Sequence record: DRR378314_391
Strand: one strand, 5' to 3'
DNA length: 20,000 nucleotides
The position numbers and the translations under genes were made by a program. Below, one piece after another: positions 1 through 9,765 of this stretch (positions within the stretch are counted from its first letter, which is position 1; each line of letters begins with the position of its first letter). Below the pieces are notes generated by a model. It saw nothing but the letters and a program-made list of their open reading frames with translations, ran no database searches and was not told where the DNA came from.

Positions 1-8
1 AGATAGTT

Positions 9-48
9 CTTGACGCTCCGCACACCGGGCATTATCGAATTTCGATAA
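9..48 (+). promoter_or_regulatory. Putative sigma70-type promoter with overlapping perfect palindromic operator TTATCGAA-T-TTCGATAA (32-48)
   Basis: CTTGAC at 9-14. A perfect 8-1-8 inverted repeat at 32-48 covers the expected -10 region, 22 nt before the ATG at 71. Confidence 0.65.
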
Positions 49-70
49 AGCCGTGCCGGAGGGGAAACGC

Positions 71-1267
71 ATGACATATCTCGAGGAAAGTCAGGCTGCT
101 GGCCGCGAAATATTCCCGGACCTCGCCCGCGCATGGGCACTCTTCGGCATAGCGCTGGTCAATGTTGGCGTGCTCGCCTGGCCGATGATGAGCAGCTATC
201 ATTATGAGGGTGCTGCCCCGACTTCGCTCGATACAGCCGCCTGGTTTGGCGTGAATGCGCTGTTCCTGATGAAGTCCTACTCACTGTTTTCCTTCATGTT
301 CGGAGTGGGCTTTGCCTATCAGATGCAATCGGCCGCGCGGCGCGGCGTCGCCTTTTCGGGGCGATACTGGCGCCGCATCATCGGCTTGCTCGCCTTTGGC
401 GCCCTCAACATTGCCTGCTTCTTCTTCGGCGATATTCTCGTCGTCTATGCTGTTCTCGGGACGATCCTGTTCCTGTTCCGCAATGCATCCCAGAAAACCC
501 TCATAGTGTGGGGGTGCATCATCTATGGCATCCAGATCCTGGTGATCGGACTGATGGCACTGATGGTCTATCTGGGGGTGACGTTCGCGCCGGAAGAAAT
601 GGCGAAGACAGCAGCGGAATTTGCGGTCGAAGATTCAAGAGCCATTGAGGTCTTTGGATCAGGCAGCTTCCTTGATGCGGCAGCGTACCGGACGAGCGAA
701 TACGTTTCGGGGTTCCCGTTTATACTGATGTTCCAGGGCTTTGGCGCATTTGCCTTCTTCCTGTTCGGACTCGCCGCCGTGCGCAGCGGTGTCATAGCTC
801 GCGCATCCGCCCCAATCTGGAAGCCCGCCCGGCGGTACGCTCTGCCGCTCGGCCTGCTGATCAGCGGCGCCGGAGGCTGGCTCATGCTTGTCGGAACCGG
901 CATGATGGATCCTCTGATGATGCTTGGCATGTTGCTCATAGCCATTGGCAGCCCATTCTCCACGTTTGGTTATCTCGGCGTGATCGCCAAATGGGCGGAA
1001 GGTGAGCCGGGCCCGATCACGGTATTCTTTGCGAGAGGTGGCACGTCGTCACTCACAGCCTATTTGCTGCAGGGCCTGATCTTTTCGCTGCTGTTCAGTG
1101 CCTACGGATTCGGCCTGTTCGCAGAATTGACCGCAGCGCAGAGCATTGGTGTCGCTTTCCTCGTCGCCCTGTTCAGCGTCACCTTCGCAAGCCTCTGGCG
1201 CGTTGCCTTCAAACGCGGCCCGATGGAAGTGATCCTGCGCAACTGGACCTATCTCGGCGCGCGTTAG
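71..1267 (+). CDS. DUF418 (YeiB-like) multi-pass membrane protein
   Basis: Highly hydrophobic ORF with N-terminal 'DLARAWALFGIALVN', 'FSFMFGVG', 'GDILVVYA', 'SLTAYLLQ' and C-terminal 'RGPMEVILR', all typical of DUF418. ATG at 71 follows GGAGGGG; the ORF track starts at GTG 53. Confidence 0.85.
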   Translation: MTYLEESQAAGREIFPDLARAWALFGIALVNVGVLAWPMMSSYHYEGAAPTSLDTAAWFGVNALFLMKSYSLFSFMFGVGFAYQMQSAARRGVAFSGRYWRRIIGLLAFGALNIACFFFGDILVVYAVLGTILFLFRNASQKTLIVWGCIIYGIQILVIGLMALMVYLGVTFAPEEMAKTAAEFAVEDSRAIEVFGSGSFLDAAAYRTSEYVSGFPFILMFQGFGAFAFFLFGLAAVRSGVIARASAPIWKPARRYALPLGLLISGAGGWLMLVGTGMMDPLMMLGMLLIAIGSPFSTFGYLGVIAKWAEGEPGPITVFFARGGTSSLTAYLLQGLIFSLLFSAYGFGLFAELTAAQSIGVAFLVALFSVTFASLWRVAFKRGPMEVILRNWTYLGAR

Positions 1268-1331
1268 GCAGTTGTGACTTGCCCTTGAGACCGGCTTCCC
1301 GCTCTATGGACGAAAGACCGGAGGCCCTCAC

Positions 1332-2351
1332 ATGTCCGCGCACTCAGACCTGATCCAGAAGCTCCCCAAGGCCGAACTGCACCTTCACATTGAAGGCAGT
1401 TTCGAGCCGGAAATGATGATGACGCTGGCCGAGCGTAACCGGATCGACATCCCCTTCAAGACGCTGGACGAGGCCAAGGCTGCCTACGATTTCAACAATC
1501 TGCAGGAATTCCTCGATCTCTACTATCAGGGCATGAATGTCCTTCGCACCGAGCAGGACTTTCACGAGATGACGTTCGCCTACTTGCAGCGCGCAAAGGC
1601 GGACAATGTCGTTCATGTCGAAATGTTTTTCGACCCACAGGCTCACACGGAGCGCGGGGTGGCCTTTGGCGCTGTCACAGAAGGTATTCTGAGTGCGCTG
1701 GAGCGGGGTGAGAAAGAACTCGGCATCACGTCCGAACTGATCATGAGCTTCTTGAGGCATCTCACCGAGGAGGACGGTTTCATCCTGCTGGATGAGTCGA
1801 CGCCCTGGCACGAACACTTTGTCGGAGTTGGGCTCGACAGTTCCGAAGTCGGCCACCCGCCCCTGAAATTCCAGCGCCTGTTCGAGCGGTGTCGCGAACT
1901 CGGGTTCAAGCTCTGTCTCCATGCGGGCGAAGAAGGTCCGCCGGAATATGTACGTGAAGCCTTGCTGGACATTGGCGCAGACCGGATCGATCACGGCAAT
2001 CGGGCGATGGAAGATCCGGCGCTCATTGAAATCTTGCGCGACACGCAGATTCCCCTGACCAACTGCCCGCTCTCCAACCTGTCACTGTGCGTACTGGACG
2101 ATTTGCGAAAGAGCCCGGTGAAGCGTCAGCTCGAAGAAGGTCTGCTCGTCTGCGTGAACTCTGACGATCCCGCTTATTTCGGCGGCTATATCGGGCAAAA
2201 CTATGAGGCGATCACCGAAGCGCTCGAACTATCGTCAGATCAGATCGTCCAGCTCGCCAAGAACAGCTTTACAGGTTCCTTCCTGCCGGACGATCAGAAG
2301 ACAAAGCACGTCGCCGCAATCGATCAGATTGCAGCGACGATGGGAGGCTGA
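1332..2351 (+). CDS. add: Adenine deaminase / adenosine deaminase family (amidohydrolase)
   Basis: PKAELHLHIEG, HAGEE, RIDHG, CPLSN and NSDDPAYFGGY motifs. GGAGG RBS upstream. The DDPAYFGGY variant is typical of the adenine-deaminating subgroup. Confidence 0.92.
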   Translation: MSAHSDLIQKLPKAELHLHIEGSFEPEMMMTLAERNRIDIPFKTLDEAKAAYDFNNLQEFLDLYYQGMNVLRTEQDFHEMTFAYLQRAKADNVVHVEMFFDPQAHTERGVAFGAVTEGILSALERGEKELGITSELIMSFLRHLTEEDGFILLDESTPWHEHFVGVGLDSSEVGHPPLKFQRLFERCRELGFKLCLHAGEEGPPEYVREALLDIGADRIDHGNRAMEDPALIEILRDTQIPLTNCPLSNLSLCVLDDLRKSPVKRQLEEGLLVCVNSDDPAYFGGYIGQNYEAITEALELSSDQIVQLAKNSFTGSFLPDDQKTKHVAAIDQIAATMGG

Positions 2352-2993
2352 TCAGGAGCCGGTTGCCGGATCTTCGGATTCTTCCATTTCCGCGTCCTCG
2401 GCATCGCTCGCGCCCTCGGCTTCAAGGCTGGTATCGATTGGCGGACGGCAGGATTCGATCAGGGCTTCGACCCGTTCATCTGTCGGGACGACATATTCGC
2501 TCTGTGCCACCACCAGGCGCAGGTCACCTGCGCCATTGGCAAGCGCACGAGCGGCTTGGGACCTGGTGTCGAAGACGCCGGACACTTCCCCCGCATCCTC
2601 ATCCAGTTGGGCCGGAATGGCTGCGTTCCCAGCGGAGGTCAGCAGGCCAATCTGGTTTGGCGCTTCATCGTCGGAATAGACGCGTCGCATGACGAGCGCA
2701 TTCGCAGCGCCTTCGCCCGCAAATGCGTCCGGCTTCTGGCACGTCAGCGAAACCAGAACCGTCTCGCCATCTTCCGAAACGAATTCAAGGCGTTCTCCAG
2801 ACGTTGCATCTGCGTCAGCCCAGCTTCCCGCGGCCTGAGTGACCTGCCTTTCAGGTTGCTTCGTTTCAGGCTTTTCCTTGTCAGATGAGGCTATGGGCGA
2901 CGGTGCGGGCATCGTGTCTCCACCAGTCTGGCTGACCTCAGAGCCGCACGCCACGAGCGCCAGCGGCGCGGCAAACAAAAGCAAGTGTCTCAT
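2352..2993 (-). CDS. Hypothetical lipoprotein with acidic C-terminal tail
   Basis: MRHLLLFAAPLALVA|C lipobox signal. GAAAGGA RBS upstream of ATG 2993. Low-complexity P/S/E linker and D/E-rich tail. Confidence 0.75.
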   Translation of the reverse strand: MRHLLLFAAPLALVACGSEVSQTGGDTMPAPSPIASSDKEKPETKQPERQVTQAAGSWADADATSGERLEFVSEDGETVLVSLTCQKPDAFAGEGAANALVMRRVYSDDEAPNQIGLLTSAGNAAIPAQLDEDAGEVSGVFDTRSQAARALANGAGDLRLVVAQSEYVVPTDERVEALIESCRPPIDTSLEAEGASDAEDAEMEESEDPATGS

Positions 2994-3034
2994 GGTCGGG
3001 GTCCTTTCCAATCGCTGTCCCGGTTGCCCAATGA

Positions 3035-3061
3035 AACGCGCATCTGTCCGGCGCGGTTTCC
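3035..3061 (-). promoter_or_regulatory. Possible ECF (EcfG/SigT-like) promoter of the lipoprotein gene
   Basis: Minus strand reads GGAAAC-N17-CGTT, one deviation from GGAAC-N16/17-CGTT, about 40 nt upstream of the ATG. Confidence 0.35.
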
Positions 3062-3157
3062 GTTAAATCCTGTCCATCATGGCAAATCGTTCATCTTCGG
3101 CGGCTGAACCGCAATAGAGTCTGGCGACTCGGGCCATTTGCGGTTAAAGCGCCGGGC

Positions 3158-5425
3158 ATGACTGACACATCTGCGATCCTCGCCCACCTCACCGCCGAGC
3201 AGGACGATACTGCCGGCCTGGAACATGGCATCAAGGCCGATGAATGGGAGCGGCTGGTCTCCCGACTCGGACGCAAGCCGAACCTTGTCGAACTCGGCAT
3301 CTATTCGGTGATGTGGTCAGAGCATTGCTCCTACAAATCCTCGCGTCGTCACCTGTCCAAATTCCCGACGAAGAATGACCGAGTCATTCAGGGCCCCGGC
3401 GAGAATGCGGGTGTGATCGACATTGGCGACGGACAGGCCGCTATCTTCAAGATGGAGAGCCACAACCACCCGTCCTATATCGAGCCCTACCAAGGCGCGG
3501 CGACTGGCGTGGGCGGCATTCTGCGCGACGTATTCACGATGGGCGCGCGGCCGATTGCGCTGGTCAATGCGCTGCGCTTTGGCGATCCGAGCCATCCAAA
3601 AACGCGCAGCCTGGTGGCCGGCGTCGTCGCCGGTATTGGCGGATACGGCAATTGTGTCGGTGTGCCGACCGTCGCGGGAGAGACCCAGTTCGACGAAGGC
3701 TATAATGGCAACATCCTCGTCAACGCGATGGCTGTGGGCCTGGCCGATCAGGACAAGATTTTCTATGCGCGCGGCGCGACGCCCGGCAACCCGATCTTCT
3801 ATGTCGGCTCCAAAACGGGTCGTGACGGCATCCACGGCGCCACGATGGCGTCTGCCGAATTCTCCGAAGGCGACGAGGAAAAGCGCCCGACGGTTCAGGT
3901 CGGTGACCCATTCACCGAAAAGCTGCTGATCGAAGCCTGTCTAGAGCTGATGGCGACCGATGCCATTCAGGCGATCCAGGACATGGGCGCAGCGGGCCTG
4001 ACCTCTTCCTCCGTCGAGATGGCCGCAAGCGGCGGCGAGAATGGCGAAGGCATTGGCGTGGTCATGGACCTCGACAAGGTTCCACAGCGCGAAGAAGGCA
4101 TGACGGCCTACGAGATCATGCTGTCGGAAAGCCAGGAGCGCATGCTAATGGTGCTCTATCCAGACAAGATCGACGTCGCGAAGGCGATCTTCGAGAAATA
4201 TGATCTCGACGCAGAAGTTATCGGCGAGACGACCGACAATGGCCATCTCGTGTTGAGACAGTTTGGTGAAACGGTTTGCGATATTCCTGTCGCGCCTTTG
4301 GCCGACGACGCACCAAATTATGACCGCCCCTGGACCGAGCCGCCAAAGCGCGCGCCGCTGGACATCACGAAGTATCCCGAGCCGGAAAATTATGGCGATG
4401 TTCTGCTGAAGCTGATGTCGTCTCCCGATATGGCATCCAAGCGCTGGATTTGGGAACAGTACGACCGGCACGTCATGGGCGACACGGTCGACTCCTCACA
4501 GAGCCAGGGCGACGCCGCGATTGTGCGTATCCACGGAACGAACAAGGCACTCGCCATCTGTTCCGACTGCAACCCACACTATGTGGCCGCAGACCCCTTT
4601 GAGGGCGGCAAGGCGGTCGTAGCAGAAGCCTATCGCAACCTGTCCGCCGTCGGCGCCACGCCGATCGCGATCACGGACAATCTGAATTTCGGCAACCCGG
4701 AAAAGCCAGCCACGATGGGCTATATCGTCAAAGCCATTGAAGGCATGGCCGAGGCCTGCCGCGAGCTCGACTTCCCCGTCGTGTCCGGCAATGTGAGCCT
4801 CTACAACGAGACTGACGGCAAGGCGATCCCGCCGACGCCAGTGGTCGGCGGTGTGGGCCTGATCGAGGATGTGTCGAAAATTGCGACGCTGAAAGGTGCG
4901 CAGGATGGCGACCTGGCCTTCCTGATCGGTGACGCTGGAAGTGAGTTGGGCGCAAGCCTGTACGCTCGCACAATCCTCTCGCTCAAGGGCGAGGACCTTG
5001 GGGCACCGCCATCCGTCGATCTGTCTACCACAGTTAAAACCGCCGGGACTGTCCGGAATCTCGTCACGTCGGGAATGGTTGCGGCCGTCCACGACGCCAG
5101 CGATGGCGGCATGGCCTGCGCGGTGACAGAAATGGCGCTCGCTGCTGGCATGGGTGTGGAAATCTACGCCCCAGCGGAGAGTACGTCGGCATTCCTCTTC
5201 GGCGAGAATCATGACCGGTATGTCGTGGCTGTATCAGCCGATCAGGAAGAAGCATTTCGCAAGGCTATCGGCGAGGCCGGACTGTCGCTCACACAAGTGG
5301 GTAAGTTTGGCGGTGATGCGATTGGCTTCAAGGTCGTTGGCGCTGCGGAGCAGTCCTTGCCTGTAGCGGCGCTGCGTGAGGCCCATGAAGGCTGGCTGCC
5401 GTCCTACATGAACTCCGTCGACTGA
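3158..5425 (+). CDS. purL: Phosphoribosylformylglycinamidine synthase subunit PurL (small type)
   Basis: [59 protein letters not shown] and GNVSLYN motifs. 755 aa with no glutaminase domain. Confidence 0.98.
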   Translation: MTDTSAILAHLTAEQDDTAGLEHGIKADEWERLVSRLGRKPNLVELGIYSVMWSEHCSYKSSRRHLSKFPTKNDRVIQGPGENAGVIDIGDGQAAIFKMESHNHPSYIEPYQGAATGVGGILRDVFTMGARPIALVNALRFGDPSHPKTRSLVAGVVAGIGGYGNCVGVPTVAGETQFDEGYNGNILVNAMAVGLADQDKIFYARGATPGNPIFYVGSKTGRDGIHGATMASAEFSEGDEEKRPTVQVGDPFTEKLLIEACLELMATDAIQAIQDMGAAGLTSSSVEMAASGGENGEGIGVVMDLDKVPQREEGMTAYEIMLSESQERMLMVLYPDKIDVAKAIFEKYDLDAEVIGETTDNGHLVLRQFGETVCDIPVAPLADDAPNYDRPWTEPPKRAPLDITKYPEPENYGDVLLKLMSSPDMASKRWIWEQYDRHVMGDTVDSSQSQGDAAIVRIHGTNKALAICSDCNPHYVAADPFEGGKAVVAEAYRNLSAVGATPIAITDNLNFGNPEKPATMGYIVKAIEGMAEACRELDFPVVSGNVSLYNETDGKAIPPTPVVGGVGLIEDVSKIATLKGAQDGDLAFLIGDAGSELGASLYARTILSLKGEDLGAPPSVDLSTTVKTAGTVRNLVTSGMVAAVHDASDGGMACAVTEMALAAGMGVEIYAPAESTSAFLFGENHDRYVVAVSADQEEAFRKAIGEAGLSLTQVGKFGGDAIGFKVVGAAEQSLPVAALREAHEGWLPSYMNSVD

Positions 5426-5433
5426 ACGAGAAA

Positions 5434-5462
5434 CACCCCTCCTGCATTCTGCAGAAGGGGTG
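5434..5462 (-). terminator. Intrinsic terminator hairpin between convergent purL and the OMP gene
   Basis: CACCCCTCCTGCA-TTC-TGCAGAAGGGGTG gives a 13-bp stem (one G-U pair on the minus strand) followed by TTTCTCGTT on the minus strand. Confidence 0.7.
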
Positions 5463-5487
5463 CTCGCTCTGGTGATCAAGTGTCAGA

Positions 5488-6105
5488 TTAGAACTTGTAA
5501 CCAACACCCAGCATCACACCATTCGTGTCGGTGTCTTCGAACGAATAGTAGGTGTAGTCACCGCGCAGCTGCCAGTTCTCGGTCAGGTCGTAAGTTACAC
5601 CCGCACCAACGGCTGGGCCTTCCTCGGAATCTTCGACGGTGATGGGGGCACCGCCCGGTGTGGCCAGCGAGGCATCAAGGTCGATGTAGGCATAACCAGC
5701 CCGTGCAAACAGGTCCATGCGTTCCGTTACCGGAAGGTCTGCACGACCATAGAGTCCCACCAGATAGTTCAGGCCGATATCGCCCGACGCAGCGATCAGG
5801 TCGTTGAAATCGCCATCATTGTTGTCATCGAGATTGAACTCGTCTTCATCGACATTGTAGTCAAACTCGCCATCATCAATGCCGGAGGCCAATTCACCTT
5901 CAAGGCTAAAGACATTGTTGAACTTGTAACCGAGACGTGCGGCGATGCCGTTCGTGTCAACACCTTGCTCTGCACCGTCAGGTTCGATTTCGAGATATTG
6001 ATAACCGCCGTCCAGATAGAAGCCGGTATCGCTGTCATAAGACTGGGCCTGTGCACCCATAGCCAGGCCTGTTGCCGTCGATGCGATCAGAAAATACTTA
6101 AACAT
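5488..6105 (-). CDS. Outer-membrane beta-barrel protein (OmpA-like transmembrane / porin family, 8-stranded)
   Basis: AAAGGAGA RBS before ATG 6105. Signal peptide ending AQA. Amphipathic strands (ARLGYKF, SLEGE, LFARAGY, GAGVTY, LRGDYT) and C-terminal Bam signal 'GVGYKF'. Confidence 0.88.
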   Translation of the reverse strand: MFKYFLIASTATGLAMGAQAQSYDSDTGFYLDGGYQYLEIEPDGAEQGVDTNGIAARLGYKFNNVFSLEGELASGIDDGEFDYNVDEDEFNLDDNNDGDFNDLIAASGDIGLNYLVGLYGRADLPVTERMDLFARAGYAYIDLDASLATPGGAPITVEDSEEGPAVGAGVTYDLTENWQLRGDYTYYSFEDTDTNGVMLGVGYKF

Positions 6106-6160
6106 GTGGTCTCCTTTAAAGACGTGATCAGCTCCCGCCAGAGCGGCGAGACCACAAGGA

Positions 6161-6186
6161 AACCGTGTCTGAACTGTGTCCGTTCC
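6161..6186 (-). promoter_or_regulatory. Putative EcfG/SigT-type promoter of the OMP gene
   Basis: Minus strand GGAAC(6186-6182)-N17-GGTT(6164-6161), about 55 nt upstream of the ATG. Confidence 0.5.
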
Positions 6187-6333
6187 GATGACAAATCCGC
6201 AACCTGCACACGTTGCCGCAAAGCCACACATTCTTAATGCGGATTAATCACTATTACCGTTGTTTTATATAAGTATTTTTCAGGTTTCAGCCGGCCCTGA
6301 GACGACCCGAAAAAGCCGACTGGCAGTCTCTCT

Positions 6334-6358
6334 GGAACCAAATTCAACCTCCAACGTT
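6334..6358 (+). promoter_or_regulatory. Consensus EcfG/SigT-type promoter GGAAC-N16-CGTT with no annotated sense gene downstream
   Basis: GGAAC at 6334-6338, 16-nt spacer, CGTT at 6355-6358, in an AT-richer intergenic region. Confidence 0.5.
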
Positions 6359-6398
6359 TGCGCCCACCTGTTCTTTACAGGATCAATATGAACCCCTG

Positions 6399-7391
6399 CT
6401 ATTCTGGCGCGCTGGAGAGTGAGATCCATTCATCCATTCTATCGACCGTCATTGCCAGAGTGTCACCCGCACGCACGAAGAAATCATGCGTGATATTCAG
6501 GTAGTCATCAGACGGATCATGATAGCCATCATGATCTTCGACACCGAAATAGAGAAACGGGATACCGACTTCGTGAAAGGCGACATGATCTGACTGGCTC
6601 GTCCAGTCATCATATCCAAGATCCGGAGAATCATGGCCGGTCAGGAGCGTAACCGGTGCGTCTGTGGAAAGCGCCTCTATCACTGGCTTAAGTTGCGGAT
6701 AGGGTGTTGTCCCGGCCACATAAAGCTCTCCCGCTTCGGATCGGCTGACCATGTCAAAATTGATATTCAGGGCCACGCGTGACAAGTCGATCAGGCCAGA
6801 TCTCACTATCGCGCGCGCGCCCAACATGCCCTTCTCTTCGGCATCGAGCGCTGCGAACACAATGTCATGGGTCGGAGGATTGCGACGAAAATAATCCGCA
6901 ACACCGATCAACGCCGCAACGCCGGAGGCATTGTCGTCCGCACCATTGTAAATTTCGCCCTTCTGAATTCCGAGGTGGTCATAATGCGCCGTCACGACCA
7001 GCATCGGCCCTTCGCCGGGTGTCTCGCCTGCAATCCAGCCGATCAAATTCGTGCCTTTGTCCGGCGTGCCGTCCTCTGCGTCTGTCTGAATGATTGCGAA
7101 CTCGTGCGCATACGTCTCGCCGAGCCGGCGCAGGCCAAGAGTCTCGAACCGTTTGAGAATGAACCCTTGAGCAGCCGCATTGCCCGACGTTCCGGTTTCC
7201 CGTCCCTCCAGCGCATCCGATGACAAAGTCTCGGTGAAGTTCAGCATTGCCGGGCCATCAATATAAATTGGTCGATACTGGTTCAGCGCTGGCTCAGTCT
7301 CCTGATCCTGATTCATGTAGACGAACACAACGCCGATAATGGTCAGAACGAAAAGAACTTCAGCGAGAATGAAGGCGCGCAGCTTGGTCAT
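6399..7391 (-). CDS. M28-family metallopeptidase with N-terminal membrane anchor
   Basis: AHYDH, GADDNASG, DAEEKG, NFDM, SDH and YH zinc-ligand motifs. Hydrophobic N-terminal helix. Confidence 0.9.
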   Translation of the reverse strand: MTKLRAFILAEVLFVLTIIGVVFVYMNQDQETEPALNQYRPIYIDGPAMLNFTETLSSDALEGRETGTSGNAAAQGFILKRFETLGLRRLGETYAHEFAIIQTDAEDGTPDKGTNLIGWIAGETPGEGPMLVVTAHYDHLGIQKGEIYNGADDNASGVAALIGVADYFRRNPPTHDIVFAALDAEEKGMLGARAIVRSGLIDLSRVALNINFDMVSRSEAGELYVAGTTPYPQLKPVIEALSTDAPVTLLTGHDSPDLGYDDWTSQSDHVAFHEVGIPFLYFGVEDHDGYHDPSDDYLNITHDFFVRAGDTLAMTVDRMDEWISLSSAPE

Positions 7392-7466
7392 GGGAAAATC
7401 CGGGAATCTAATTGAAACAGCATATTAGGTTCGTGACGCGCTCACCTCAATCGCTTCATCCGGGCG

Positions 7467-7495
7467 CTTGACGTCGCGGGCATGACACGCCACCT
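7467..7495 (+). promoter_or_regulatory. Putative promoter of bolA (CTTGAC-N17-CCACCT)
   Basis: Alphaproteobacterial RpoD/RpoH-like -35 and -10 at exact 17-nt spacing. Confidence 0.45.
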
Positions 7496-7522
7496 CTGCG
7501 GCGCAACTGGAAGGAACAGCCC

Positions 7523-7759
7523 ATGGCCATGTCACGCGAGACCCTGCTCGGTTATCTCACCGATGCGTTTCCTGAAGCGGAAATCACGCTGACTGACCTG
7601 TCGGGCGACGACAATCATTGGCAGGCCGAAATCGTGAGTCCCCAGTTTTCCGGCCTGAACCGCGTAAAACAGCACCAGCTAGTCTATGCTGCCCTCAAGG
7701 GCACGATGGGCGGCGAACTGCATGCCCTCGCCCTTAAGACCAAGGCGCCAGAATCCTGA
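7523..7759 (+). CDS. bolA: BolA/IbaG family protein
   Basis: DLSGDDNHW, FSGLNRVKQHQLVY and ELHAL motifs. GAAGGA RBS. Confidence 0.93.
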   Translation: MAMSRETLLGYLTDAFPEAEITLTDLSGDDNHWQAEIVSPQFSGLNRVKQHQLVYAALKGTMGGELHALALKTKAPES

Positions 7760-7827
7760 CACCGGAACATTGACGAAAACGGCAGTTCGATATTGCTTCA
7801 TCCGAAACCAAGGATGAGGAATTGCCC

Positions 7828-9765
7828 ATGAAACGCCTGAGCCTGACAACCAGCGCCATTGCGCTGAGCTTTGTTGTCGCCGCCTGTACGGCACCCGAGA
7901 AGAGTGAGGACGCCGCAACCGCCATGCCTGAGACGGTCGCGGAGATTACCGAAGCGCCTGATCATTCGGAAGAAATCGCCGCCGCCTACGCGTTTATGGA
8001 ACGCGCCGAAGCGGAACTTGCCGCTCAGAGCCATATCGCAGCCCAAGCCTACTGGAACCAGGCCACGAACATTACGCCAGAAACGAACGCCGCCGCGGCG
8101 GAAGCTGGTGCCGCCTCTACGAAATTGGCTGTTTCACTGGCCAATGAGTCCAAGCAATTCGATGTCAGCGTCCTGCCAACGGAACTGGCGCGCAAATTCA
8201 ACATGCTGCGCACTGGCATCACCATTCCCGCCCCATCTACTGCCGGTGCGGCAGAGGAATTGTCCCAGATCACCACACGACTCGACGCGACCTACAGCAC
8301 GGGCCGCTACAAGCTGAAAGAGAACACGGACTCGGTCCTGAAATTGCTCGGCGACCTCAGTGAAGCGGAACGTGACGACATCGTCGAAAAAGGTCTGACG
8401 CTCGATCAGCTGTCCACGCTCATCGAGAACAATCGTGATCCTGAAGTGCTGAAGGAAGTCTGGGAAGGTTGGCGCACAATATCGCCGCCCATGAAGGGCG
8501 ATTATGCGCGCATGGTCGACATCGCCAATGAGGGCGCCAACGAATTGGGCTTCGAAAGCCTCGATCAGATGTGGCTGTCTGGCTATGACATGCCACCCGC
8601 GGACATGGAAGCAGAAGTCGAGCGACTTTGGAGCCAGGTGGAGCCACTGTACGAAGAGCTGCACTGCTATACGCGCGCGAAACTGAACGATGAATATGGC
8701 GATGACGTACAGCCACGCACCGGCCCGATCCGCGCTGACCTGCTCGGCAATATGTGGGCCCAGCAATGGTCGTCCATCTATGACATCGTCGAACCGGAAA
8801 ATACGGGCGAAATCCCCTACGACCTGACCAAACGGCTGAACGAGCGGGGCTATGATGCCATCAAGATGGTCGAGACCGGTGAAGCCTTCTTCACCTCGCT
8901 CGGACTGGACCCGCTGCCGGAAACGTTCTGGGAACGCTCCATGATTGTTCGCCCGGAAGGCAAAGAGGTCGTTTGCCACGCCTCCGCCTGGAACCTCGAT
9001 GACGAGGAAGACGTGCGCATCAAAATGTGCACAGAGGTGAATTCGGAGGACTTCTACACGGTGCACCATGAGCTGGGGCACAATTTCTATCAGCGCGCCT
9101 ACAAGCATCAGGACTATCTCTACAAGACCGGTGCGCATGACGGCTTCCACGAGGCCATTGGCGATTTCGTCGCCCTGTCGATCACGCCGGAATATCTGGA
9201 ACAGATCGGCCTGATCTCGGAAGACGAAAAACCGGGCGCGGACGCCGACACGGCCCTGCTGATGCAGACCGCGCTCGACAAGATCGCGTTCCTGCCCTTC
9301 GCCATCACAGTCGATGGCTGGCGCTGGGGCGTGCTGTCGGGTGAAACCGCCCCGGACGCCTACAATACGGCCTGGTGGGATCTGCGCCTGAAGAATCAGG
9401 GCCTTGTGCCACCGGCCCCGCGCCCGGCCGACGCGTTCGATCCCGGCGCGAAATACCACATTCCGGGGAATACGCCTTATTTGCGCTACTTCCTGAGCTT
9501 CGTGATGCAGTTCCAGTTCCACAAGGCGGCTTGCGACCAGGCTGGCTGGGAAGGACCGCTGCACCGCTGCTCGATCTATGACAACAAGGAAGTCGGCGAA
9601 CGCTTCAATGCCATGATGGAAGCGGGTGCGTCGCAGCCTTGGCCGGACACGCTGGAAGAGTTCACCGGAACGCGTGAAATGGATGGCAGCGCCATTATCG
9701 AGTATTTCGATCCCCTGATGCTGTATCTGAAGGACGAAAACGCCACGGAAAGCTGTGGCTGGTAA
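7828..9765 (+). CDS. M2-family peptidyl-dipeptidase A (angiotensin-converting-enzyme-like) lipoprotein
   Basis: GAGGA RBS before ATG 7828. Lipobox [25 protein letters not shown] (HExxH), [16 protein letters not shown] and PYLRYF are ACE signature motifs. Confidence 0.95.
   Translation: MKRLSLTTSAIALSFVVAACTAPEKSEDAATAMPETVAEITEAPDHSEEIAAAYAFMERAEAELAAQSHIAAQAYWNQATNITPETNAAAAEAGAASTKLAVSLANESKQFDVSVLPTELARKFNMLRTGITIPAPSTAGAAEELSQITTRLDATYSTGRYKLKENTDSVLKLLGDLSEAERDDIVEKGLTLDQLSTLIENNRDPEVLKEVWEGWRTISPPMKGDYARMVDIANEGANELGFESLDQMWLSGYDMPPADMEAEVERLWSQVEPLYEELHCYTRAKLNDEYGDDVQPRTGPIRADLLGNMWAQQWSSIYDIVEPENTGEIPYDLTKRLNERGYDAIKMVETGEAFFTSLGLDPLPETFWERSMIVRPEGKEVVCHASAWNLDDEEDVRIKMCTEVNSEDFYTVHHELGHNFYQRAYKHQDYLYKTGAHDGFHEAIGDFVALSITPEYLEQIGLISEDEKPGADADTALLMQTALDKIAFLPFAITVDGWRWGVLSGETAPDAYNTAWWDLRLKNQGLVPPAPRPADAFDPGAKYHIPGNTPYLRYFLSFVMQFQFHKAACDQAGWEGPLHRCSIYDNKEVGERFNAMMEAGASQPWPDTLEEFTGTREMDGSAIIEYFDPLMLYLKDENATESCGW

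Noticed and set aside
1699-1707. TGGAGCGGG matching the tRNA-Gly 3' end (possible att repeat)
   Set aside because: Only 9 bp and inside the deaminase CDS. The intervening DNA contains core genes (purL, rpsD), so it is not an island boundary.
6234-6247. TTAA-N6-TTAA resembling a CtrA box
   Set aside because: The canonical CtrA site is TTAA-N7-TTAA. The spacing here is 6.
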